Source of the DNA: Sminthopsis crassicaudata | Lineage: Eukaryota | Length of the DNA: 64,000 nt | NCBI RefSeq assembly: GCF_048593235.1 | Contig: NC_133617.1 | Location: 419,968,958-420,032,957 of the forward strand | Direction: 5' to 3' | Notes under the pieces: model-generated | Databases searched by the model: none | What the model was told of the DNA's origin: nothing | What the model saw: the letters and a program-made list of their open reading frames with translations, nothing else | In this document: positions 13,421 to 24,450 of the stretch, one piece after another | Numbering within the stretch: the first letter of the stretch is position 1 | Layout: each line of letters begins with the position of its first letter | Translations under genes and position numbers: made by a program

Positions 13421-16229
13421 GAGTCAAGAACACAACTCTGTATCTCAAAAAAGAGGTACAGAAGGAGACAGGGAACCTAAAGTTGAATTGAGAGTTGTTC
13501 TTATTTTAATTGTGGGTTTTCTACATCCCAAAAGAGAAATTGGGCCGCCAGTAGCAGATGGAAGATGCCTTGTGGTTGTACAGAGAGAATTGGTTAATTT
13601 GAGGTAGATAGAAGATTCCTCACCTGGTCACTAGCAGCTTTTCCTCAGAGGACATGCTACATCAAATAGTGGATAGAAGGCTCAAAGTGTTAGTATACCT
13701 GCAGATTCAGATCTCACCTGAGGAGACTAGCTATGAGCTAGCAGCAAGAAGTGGAAGATTCCCTGTGCAGAGGGAAAATATCTGGCTACCCCCCAATATA
13801 GCCTTCCCTCATTTTAGACATGAGGAAAGTGAAGGCAGATGAAGAATAAATAATTTGCCCAGAGTCACACAGCTAGTTAGAGTCTGGATCTGGATCTGAA
13901 CTCATGTTTTCCCAATTCCAGGTCCCATTCTCTATCCATTGTGCCACCTAACAGATAGAACAAATTATGGCATATGAATGTAATAGAAAGGTTTCAGAGA
14001 AGCCTGGAAATGAACGAATTTTCTTTACTAGAGTAAAATGAGCAAAACTAGTAGAACAATATATGTAGTAATACCATAAAAACAAATAATTTCAAAAATT
14101 TTATAAAATCTAATCCATACAATGATCAATCATGATTTCAGAGGACTGATGATGAAGCATCTGGCAAAGAGGTAATAAACTCAGGGAGCAGAATGAGTCA
14201 TGTATTTTTTGGATATGGCCACTTTGAGAATTTGTTTTGTTTAATTATTCATATTTATTACAAGGGTTTTGTTTTGTATTGTTTTGGTTTGTTTGTTTTT
14301 TTAAAGGAGACAAGGAGTTGGGAAAGTTGGGAGGAAGGGAAAATAGATTTTAAATGAAAAAATAAAATTAACTTTTAAGAAAAATACACTTAAGAGTACT
14401 TTATTCCATTAAAGATCTAATGCCTTCTATGTCCTGTAATGTTATACTTAGTGGTATAAGATAAATCATCTTGGCTGTAAGCCTTTACCTAATACTTTCT
14501 CAAATTGTACATTCCAAGTTATTCACTTCTTTATAGGGATAGCTTCCAGGTCTTATGTGATCCTGACCTTGGTTCTGTAGGAACTTAACTCTTTTTTTCT
14601 GACTGCTTATAGTATTTTCTTTGACTTAGCAATTTTGACTAGAGATTATGATTTCTTGGAATACGATATCTCAGTTTGATCTATATTATCTGTGGTTTTA
14701 GTTACAACGGGAAGTTCTTCAAGAACCTTACAAGTTGTTCTGACCAGCAGTTGACTTAAGCACATTTGGTGCTAAGGAAACCTGATCCAGAACATGCCTC
14801 AATTATTGCCATCCCCAATTTAAGTCCCACAAGGTACACTAATTCTGATTAGGAGTCAATTGACATGACACAGTGTTAAGTTCCAGGAAAACTGTACCAG
14901 ACTATGGTTTAGGCTTCAATCTCCCTGCCCCTGGATAGATAGATAGATAGATATAGATATCTGTACTCTCCAGGCTTCCTTGCCTTTCCCCTAGTCTTCA
15001 AACTGGAAGGTTTCCATAAGTTTTATTCCTGGACTGGACTTTTCTTTCTAGACCCCTTCTTTAGTGCTCACAGTCTTTTGACTATGTCTCTGTGCAGACC
15101 CGAGCTGGCAATATGGATTTAATGTAGTTTCTCCTTTTATTTATTGATCGTGACTTTTTCTGTTTTTTTTTTTTTTGTTTTGTTTTGTTTTGTTTTTTCT
15201 AGCTAGAGTTATTGTGAGAAAGCTGGGCGTTTTTGTTTCTACTGATTCCATTATCTTCAGAAGTGTCTTTAGCTATGTCATGGTTTAATGTTGCATCTTT
15301 CACTTTCCATCTAATTTAGTAAATTTACTTTAATCTACCTGTATATAGTAAGATTGGGAAAGCAGTTGAAATCCTGTGAAAATGGGGACTAAGGCATCTG
15401 AGTAGTTAGTGAATTCTTGGAATTCCTTGGAATCCTTGGAAGGGCTTAGTATTTAGGACAATGCACTAATCACATTTGGTAGATGAATAAATCCTTCAAG
15501 ACTAGAACCTAGGAGCTGTTCACACTTGCACAAAGGAAGAGAGCTAGAATCCTTGAGATTAGAGTGTCACCTGCTGGCATACACAAATAATTGCAAGCTA
15601 TACCCTACAAAGCTCATCAAGGAATGAATGATTCCTCCAGCAAGTCCACAAGGATTAACCCTCATATACTCAAGTTTTGTTCCCTAGAAGGCTCCTTGCT
15701 GACGAGAGAGGGGCAGAAGCTGGAGTTGTGTTCTAGGCTATAAACATACAATATCAGGAAAAAGTGTGTGTTATTCAAAAAAAATTTAATTTTATCACTC
15801 CAAAAGCATTATGAGATGGCTTTGGGAATATGGGTCAAGAAAGAATTTTAGAGCTAAAAAGAAACTGATTTTTATTGGTGAGGTGACCCAGATGTCACTA
15901 AGTAGCATGAAACCCATGCTCAATCTTTCACTATTTATGTGGAATATAAACACAAACAAACCTTTGGAGTTTATATGAAATGACTTTATCTCTGGAAGCA
16001 GAGAAGTGTAATAAATTGAAATCAATTATCTTTCCCTCAGTTTACCAACCAGGATCCAAAAACATATATATTTCTAAACATAGTAAAGTCTTGTGCGAGG
16101 AAATATTACTCTGTATATGGATTTCCTGCCAGAATTCTCTCTGGTCAAGGTAGAGACTGAGAAAAATCTCCTAAAGAAGCTTGGTTTTGGCTGCATGTGA
16201 AGTCATGGCTAGCTAGTAAGCATCTTTTA

Positions 16230-16770
16230 GCCAATCTCTCAACAATAAAAAGATATGTTATATATGTTTGTAGCAGTTCTTTTTGTGGTAGCAAAGAACT
16301 GGAAAAGGAGTGGATGCCCATCAATTGGAGAATGACTGAATTGTGGTATGTGAAAGGTAATGGAATATTATTGTTATATTAAAAAAAAAAATGATGAACA
16401 AGCTGATTATAGAAAGGCCTGGAAAGATTTACATGAACTGATGCTGAGAGAAATAAGCAGAACTAGGAAAACATTGTACACAAAAGCAGCAAGAATGTGC
16501 AATGATCAACTATAAAAGGCTTCGTTCTTCTCAGTGGTTCAATGATCCAAAGCAATCCCAATAGACTTTGGACAGAAAATGTCATCTGCAACCAGAGAGA
16601 AAATTATGGACAATGAATGTAAATCAGTACATGCTACGTTCACTTCTCTTTTCTGTTTTTTTTTTTCTCTCTCCCATGGTTTTTCCCTTTTGCTCTGATT
16701 TTTCTCTCCCAACATAATTCATAAAACCATGTGTATTAAAAAATAACCTTATTAAAAATAAATTTAAAAA
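16230..16770 (+). mobile_element. L1 3' fragment
   Basis: tttgtagcagttctttttgtggtagcaaagaactggaaaaggagtggatgcccatcaattggag followed by 3'UTR. Related pieces lie at ~13960-14400 and ~20480-20800. Confidence 0.75.
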
Positions 16771-17329
16771 TAAAATTGTATATTATAATAGTAATAATAA
16801 AGAAGAATTAATATATGTCATAATAATAGAGCTATATTATAATGGAAACATGTTATATATAATAGTTATCATTATTGTGATTGTTGTACATGTGGATTAG
16901 AAATGCCACATGTTGACTTCATTGAGATTTTTGCTCAGATCTCAGTGTTCCTAACATGTTTATTAGAATACAATGAAAGTATTTCCTGCTATAATTCTCC
17001 TTGGGGACAAGAAGATATAGTTCTAGATTTCTTGATTTCTTGCCAAAGCAAATATTTCCATGAGCAGCTTATTCTCAAAGTTTCTGCCTTTGTAAGAATG
17101 AATTCTTTAAGGAAATTCAAAATGCTGAGAAATATTTCTTCTTCAACATGTTAACTAGTGTTAACTTTCTAGTTCTTGATTGGGTATGTCTGTGTACATC
17201 TGATAAAATAATCAGTTGCCTCTGAAATATAGCTCTTGATATGTTTGAGACTGGAGATTCTCAAACATTAAAACTCAATGACTCAGTGTTAGATATATTA
17301 CCCAGGGGGAAAAAAAATACCTCTTATTT

Positions 17330-19000
17330 TGGTTAAAAAAAAAAAAAAAAACTTCTGAGAAAACTGGAAAGCTGTGTGGCCAAAATTAGAGTTAGACCAA
17401 TATCTTATAATATATTTTACAATACATTATAAGTAGATATGTTACTCTAACTAAAGCTTGGACTATAAAATATTAAAAGAGAAACAGATCATATACTTGT
17501 CACAATTATGGAATAAGAAATGTATTCTTTATTGTTATCTTTAAATATTCTCTAAAATTCATTATTTATTCATTTAAAAAGTTGTTCTCTTTTTAAATTT
17601 TGAGCTCCAAATGCTCTCCTTCCTTCTCCCCGTCTTTCTTACTTATTGAGAAGGCAAGAAATATAAAATCAATTATACATATGAAATTATGTAAAACATA
17701 TTTCCATATTTTTAAAAAGCAAGAAAAAATAAAGTGGAAAAATATACTTCAATTTGCACACTCAGAATTATCCATTTTTTCTCTGGAAGTGAAGAACATT
17801 TTTTCATCATGAATAAAAGATATATTCTTGAATAAATAAGATATAGAAGCAATTACTAAAGATAAAATAGATAACTTTGATTACTTGAAATTGAAAAACT
17901 GCTGCATAGATAAAATTAATACATTAAGAGTAAAAAGGAATGTGGTTGGAAATCAAATTTTGCTGACAAAGGTTTAGTATTTGATATGTGTGTATTATAC
18001 CATATTCACAAACACCTCACACACACCATTCCCCAATAAGTGTATGGTCAAAAACTATTAACAAACAATTCTCAAAAAATTGTAAAGCATTCACAATCAA
18101 TGAAAGAATGTTTAAAATGATTAACAAGAGAAATACAAATCAATATAATACTGAAGTTTTAATTCACACACCCAAAAATTGGCAAAAGTGACCAAAAGTG
18201 ATAACAATCAATGTAGGAAGGATTGTAGAAAGATGAATATGTTGTTAGTAGAGCTGTGAAATAATACATCTATTTTGGAAAGCAATTTGGAATTATACAA
18301 ATAAAATTAATATTATATCCATATCATTTGAATCAGAGATTCCATTACTGGGCAATCATCAATAAGATACTTCAAAATATTTATAGCTTTATGTTTTATG
18401 ATGGCTAAGAATTGGAAACAAAAACTGAGGAATGGCTAAACAAATTGTGGTGCATGAATATAATAGAACACTACTGCATTCTGAGAAATTATGTGATAAA
18501 TACAGAGAAATATGGAAAGATCTATACGAATTGATGCAGAATGAAGTAAGCAGAACCAAGAAAACAGTAACTACAACCATATAAAGGAAAAGAACAAAAA
18601 TTAAAAGTAAATGTAGGTGGCGCAGTGGATGGAGCATCAGCCCTGAAGTCAGGAAGACCCAAGTTCAAATCTGGTCTCAGACACTTAACACTTCCTGGCT
18701 GTGTGACCCTGGGCAAGTCACTTAACCCCAGCCTCAGGAAAAAAAAAAAAGTAATTGTAACAAAATTATAAAGATCAAGCAGATACCTTCAACCTTTTGT
18801 AAAGGTAAAAGATACTAATATGTTACATGTTTCTGAACTTTTTCAACAAGTCATCAGTTTTCCCCTCCAAAAATAGTATTTGTCATATAAGTGGGCTCTC
18901 TGGGATGGGGGAAAAGAAGGGACATTTGGGATAACTATAGTAATTTAATAAAGAGAAAATATCAATAAAAACTTATTTTCTTTTAAAAAAATGTCAATGA
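17330..19000 (+). mobile_element. Old L1 ORF2/3' fragment with a nested WSINE1 (~18611-18750)
   Basis: Degenerate L1 ORF2 text. The SINE is flanked by a TSD-like pair aaaagtaaatgta / aaaagtaattgta. Confidence 0.65.
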
Positions 19001-21619
19001 AGATAAGTTCCAAAGGCATGCTAATGGTCATATTCTCCAAATGTAAAGCACAGTTTGCTAACCATATTCTTTGACCACATCAAATATAAGTCTCACCCTT
19101 CTGGAAGTGCATAGCATTTTTTCCATCATAAGTAGATATATTCTAAAATAAATAAGAGATGCACCTTCCATCTTCTGGAAATGAATAACAACTGCTACCA
19201 TCGCTTTCAGGGTCACAGAAGAAAATGCCCCAAGTGCCTATGGTTATTGGTACCATGTATGGGATCAGGTACAGAAAAGCATTCCGTTGAAGATCACCAA
19301 CCTTCTACTCTCATCTCAGCAATAAAGTACCTTGTAGGTAATGGACCTTGAGTCCTTTAGCTCCTTTCCATTGATTCTTGGTTCATATCACTTCTCCCAG
19401 TCCATCAGTCAACTGCTCCTATAACAGATTGCTCAAAGAACAACTGAGGCAAAGAATGAGATAAGGTTCACATGCAGTGCTGGCAGTCTGTCTAGTCAGA
19501 ATCTCAAACTCTCCCTGGCAGGTCTACCTTTGCAATCTTTCTCACTTCTCCGAAGGGTCCTCTGAGTCTGGATGCTATGGGCCCTTAAGAAACTGACCAG
19601 GAGATCATCCTATTGAGAATCTATTGGCCTCCTTTCATTTCTTTTCTCTTCCCCTCATACTGTCTGGGAGGAGAGCTAGGGGTCAGGGCAGGGGAGGGAC
19701 TGGCAAGTTCAAAAATGAATTAGTGGGACCAAGGAAACAAGGAAAAGTAAAAAACTGAAATGGAACACCATCAGCAGCGACTGGTTTTGTCCTGATCCAG
19801 TTGACACCATATTATACATTACCTCTTCTAGCCACCTCCAGGTTGTAGTAATTTAGTTTTCATAGAGCATCCACTCTCATTCGGCCCTATCTCCATCAAT
19901 GGTTTCATGACAATATTTCATTCATTATCATTATAGTAGCTAACACAGGAGCTTTATTATTATTATCTCATTTGATTTGCATGGCAACCCTGAGGAAACT
20001 GAGGCAAACAAAGTTAAGCACCGTGTATGAGGCCAGATTTGAACTTGGACCCTAACTCCAGGCTCAGTTCTCTAGCCACTGTACCAGCTAATTGCCCATA
20101 AATACAGAGATGCAATACTGAGCTTGGGCTTTTGAGGCCATGGATTTCAATTCCCTCTTTTGGAAAATAAGGCAACCCAAACTTTGTGTTTTTCAAGACC
20201 ATATAAGTAATATGTGGTGCAACTAGGGTTTTAATTCAGGTTCTGTGGTTTCAAATATGCACTTTACACTGCCCTGTGGTTCAAAGGGACAAATCCCCCA
20301 TGGTCTACTTTCTTTCACATGGCACAAAAAGCTTTCACTTCCTATGACTTTTTTTTCCCCCTGATCTCTTTCAGTATGCAAAGCTCTAGGCAGAAGTCTC
20401 TGTAAGAATAAAGAAAATGGAAACTCACGAACACAAAATACCATCACCTCTACTACTCACATGCTAGCAAAAGGGCCTGGAGAATGTCATACGACCATGT
20501 TAGTGTAGTCCAACAAGGTTGGTCATTCGAAGACTTCTTTATTTGTTATTCAAGTGTAGTTTGTTATTATTCAGAGATTCTTCTCAGTGGTTCAGTGATT
20601 CAAAGCAATCCCAATAGACTTGGACAGAAAATGCCATCTGCACCCAGAAAAAGAACCAAGGAGACTGACTGTAAACCAACGCGCGCTATGTTCACTTCTT
20701 TTTTCTGTTGTTTTCTCTCTCTCCCATAGTGTTTCCCTTTTGGTCTGATTTTTCTCTCCTAATATGATTTATAAAGCAATGTGTGTAAAAAGAAGTCATT
20801 AATTAATTTTTAAAAGGTTTGCTATTCAATCTCAACTCAACCTGTAATAAAGTAAATTAATCCTTTAATTTCTCCCTAATTAATTTTCTTTACCAAGTCC
20901 TCAACTCAAACTTTCTTGAGATAATGTGAACTCCCTTTTCTACCCTTCTTTACATCCCCAATACATTGACATCATCCCCCTTTATCTCTTCTTTTATTTC
21001 AGACTTTGATGAAAAGAAAGTCCTTCTCCCTTAAAAGCCTTCTGCTTACATCCTTAATCTTATTCTCTCTGCTTCCTCCTTCAGATTTTCCCACCATCAG
21101 CTCCTATCTCTGCCTTTTCTCCAATTATTCAGCCTGATACTCCCCTAGGTTAGCGCCTAGTCACTTTTCTCCTGAATTATTGAAATCCTCCGCCCCAGGT
21201 GTCTCCTCTATCTCCCACATATTTACCAAAGTAGTGTTGCTATAACACAGGACTGACCAAGTCACTTCACTGCTCAGGAAATTCTTGTGGCTCCCTGTAA
21301 TGTGCTGTTGTATAAAACAAGTGTAAATATGTGCACACACTTATAATTATAACTTCCACGTATACATATAGCTGTGTATTTGCACACATATCTCTACATT
21401 TGTACATATTTACACAGAAGGAGGAGGCGGAGAGCAGGCTGGATTGCTTTTAGAAAATTACAAGGTTCTTCTGGTGATTCCAAATTACCAAAGGTTTACC
21501 CATCCTTTTAACACTAAGGCAGAAAACAAACAAACAAAAAAAAACAAGCATTTATTAAGAGTTATTAACAATTGTGCTAATTGATTACAAATACAATTGA
21601 ATCTGATCTTCATAGTGAC

Positions 21620-24450
21620 TGAGAAATGCGCGCTGTTATTGCTCCCATTTTATTGCCGCGGAAACTGAGGCCAGCAGAAGCGACGTTGCTTGCCTAGATC
21701 CCATAGCTAAGAAATGCCTGCAGACCCCTTAGAACTTTCCGATTTCAGCTCGGAGCTCTATTCCCTGGGCCACCTGCTGGCTAACGTTCCTCTGCTGGAA
21801 TTGTACGTTTTGAGTAATGGAATATCAGTCTTAAAAGAACTAAAGTTAAGAGCAGCACGGGCCAGTGAAAAGCTGAGTGGTGGTGGTGAGGACAGAGATC
21901 CCACTTCTGGCCTTCACGAGGAGCGGAGAAGGGGATGATAATTCGGAACTCAAAAAGGATTTTTTTTTAAGGTTTAAAAAACATATAAATTGTTTTAAAT
22001 CGGGTTGGATTAAAAGGCCTCTAAGGACCTCCGGTTTAAGTCGATGATAGTTTGATTTACAACGAGGTAATGCAAGTTTTAAAGAAAAACAATAGCGCTC
22101 TCAAAGGGAAGCGGAGCGCAGTTTCTGGGTCCGCAGGGACCCCCGCATCGGTCCGACCAGCCGCTACTCCGGCTTCTTCAGAGGAAGAACGCAGCAGAAG
22201 GGAACAACGAGTCAGCTGCTTTCACCGGGCCGGACACCAGGCCAGTATCCCGCTTCCCAGAATGCAAAGGGCGGAAGGCTTCTCGAGACTTCATTTCCCA
22301 GGATGCCTCGAAAGAAAGATGTTCCAGGGCTTCGTTTCCCCGGATGTAAGGGCCCGGTGTATGAATGGTGCGGGATGAGGGTGTGGGAGGTCACACATGC
22401 GCAGTGCTGCTGCGGTGGTGCGTGGGTCTGAGCGGAGACGCGGCTGAGCTAGGCATTCGCCCTAAAGATAGGGAGGCTGAGGAAAGGGGCTGGGCTTTTG
22501 GCAGGAGCCCGGGCCGAGCAGGGTTGGGCCGCTGCTGCAGGGAGGGCGCGGGTCCTCCTTCCCACACTCCTGCAGGTACCGACCCAACCTGAGCTGAAGA
22601 CGGCCCCACCCATCCCAGGCTACCCCTGTCCCGGGGCGCCCCTCCCCCCTGCACGTCCGGCCCCGGCATGCGGACCTTCTCCCCCACCCCCACCTCCCCA
22701 TCCCGGCCTCCACCGCCCCTCACACACACGATTCACACCCCCAGCCCTGCCCCCTCCCCCGGATCCTGCACGCCCCCAGCCCTGGCCCCTCCCCCGGACC
22801 TCCTCCCCAACTTTGCCTCCCTCCACCACCCCTTTTATACACAAAGCACATCCCCAGCCTTGACCCCTCCCCCAGACCCATCTCGTCCCAAGCCCAGCCT
22901 TCTTCCGGCCCCTTTCCTCTCACACACTCAGCACATCCTCAATCTCGATTCTTCCCCCAGTCCCTACACCCCACTTCGGTACTCCTCCGTCCCAACCCCC
23001 CCCACCCTCACCACTGCCACTCAGTGAACATCCCCAGCTTGCCCCTCCTCCAGACCCTCCCCTCATTCCCGCTTTCCTCCACTGCCCTTCAAGCGAGCCC
23101 TGGCCCCTCCCCCTCTCCTTCCCTGCCCTGACCCCTGAACCCGACCCTCTACACCCACACGCACTCACGAACACGCACACGCGCGCTCCACAGCTTGAGT
23201 CTTTAGAAGGCTGCTACCACAGCTCTCCCCCTTCCCCCCCATCCCGTCCGTCCACCTGCCCGTCCCCCACCTCCCCATATTAGCACCGCACGTACCCAGA
23301 CACGTTGGCCCTCTCACCCTGGCCCGCCCCCCTCCTTTAAGGACTCAGTCCCGTCCGGACTCCCAGAATGTTGACCCGCACCCACCCCAGTCCCTCCGCC
23401 AGCCCTGCCCGACCCTTGGCTGCTTTCCTCCCCACTCCCCTATACATAGGCCCTCCAGAGCGGCTGCCCCAGGTAGGTTGCACCGTGCATCTGTCCTGAG
23501 TTATCGTTACTCCCACTCTAACCCTGGCCCGAGCACCGCCCTCCCCACGCCTCCCGTCAGTGTCTCAGGGTTCGCCTTGGGAGGGACTGAGCGGGCCCCT
23601 CCCGCTCCTGGGGCCCATTCACAGCCCCTGACTCCCCGCCCTTGGTGGTCATTCACATGTCTGGGAGGGGAGCGCTCCTCCCGCCTGAGTCCTGCTCCTC
23701 CTCTGTTCCAGCCCCACAGGCCCCTGCTGGAGGTCCCCACCCCCTAAGGGCAGGCACTCTGGGACTGCGCTGCCTCTCCCTGGGCGCTCCTCCCTCCCTC
23801 AGCCGCCCTGTGAGCACTGTCCCTGTGGGACAAGCAGCCTGCGCCGACGGCGCCAGCTCCCTCGGTCTCCCCGTCTTGGCCTGTGAACACCTCATCTCGG
23901 ATCCCTTTCTCCCTGGTACCCCAACCCCTCCCCATGCCCCGAGCGTCAGCCTGCCTCAGCCTGTCTGTTTTTATCTATGTCCCGTAGGCCATCTGTGACA
24001 GCCCCCTCCCCCAAGTCTCTCCTTTTCTGGGCTCCGTGCTCGGGTAGAGAGAGGAGCCTGAATGATGCCCCGGGGCCGGGCCTGGACCCAGCAGGAGATC
24101 AGCTGCCTCCTGACTCTGATCCAGGACTCTGGGGAGGTCACGCTGCTCATGGCCTCCACTTCCAGGCCTAATGAGGCCTTGTGGCAGTCCATCTCCCAAG
24201 GCCTGGGGGCGTCAGGCTATGGCAGGAGTGTGGCTCAGTGCCGGTCCAAGTGGAAGGCCCTGAAGCAAGCCTTCTACTCCGAGTGGGAGACCAGCCGCCA
24301 GGCGGGCGCTCCCTCCTCTCAGCCTCCCCCTCACTACCGGACCATGAAGAGGCTCTGGAAGGCTGCGGGAAGACCGGTTTTCGGAGAGCGTCGCCTGCCG
24401 GGTAAGGACAGAGCCCTGGGGACAGGCCTGGGAGAGACACACTCCCAGGG
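21620..24450. promoter_or_regulatory. CpG island: promoter and first intron of the Myb/SANT-like gene
   Basis: Abrupt rise in GC and CpG. A likely non-coding first exon ends at donor CAG|GTACCG (22575/22576); an acceptor lies at 23987/23988. Confidence 0.75.
22245..22350 (+). promoter_or_regulatory. Three ZNF143 (SBS/SPH)-like motifs
   Basis: TTCCCAGAATGCA (22254), ACTTCATTTCCCAGGATGC (22288) and TTCCCCGGATGT (22336). Confidence 0.65.

Noticed and set aside
18990-19620. Unique-looking block resembling a decayed retrocopy
   Set aside because: All six frames that I translated contain multiple stops and match no protein I recognise. A tblastx search would be needed.
1-21500. CD72 coding exons expected from human synteny
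   Set aside because: I found no ITIM (ITYADL/ITYENV), TM or C-type lectin exon by eye. The gene probably lies left of the window, so it is not called.
22365-23998. Many overlapping Pro/Gly-rich ORFs in the CpG island
   Set aside because: They are by-products of C/G-run low complexity, with no domain or splice support.
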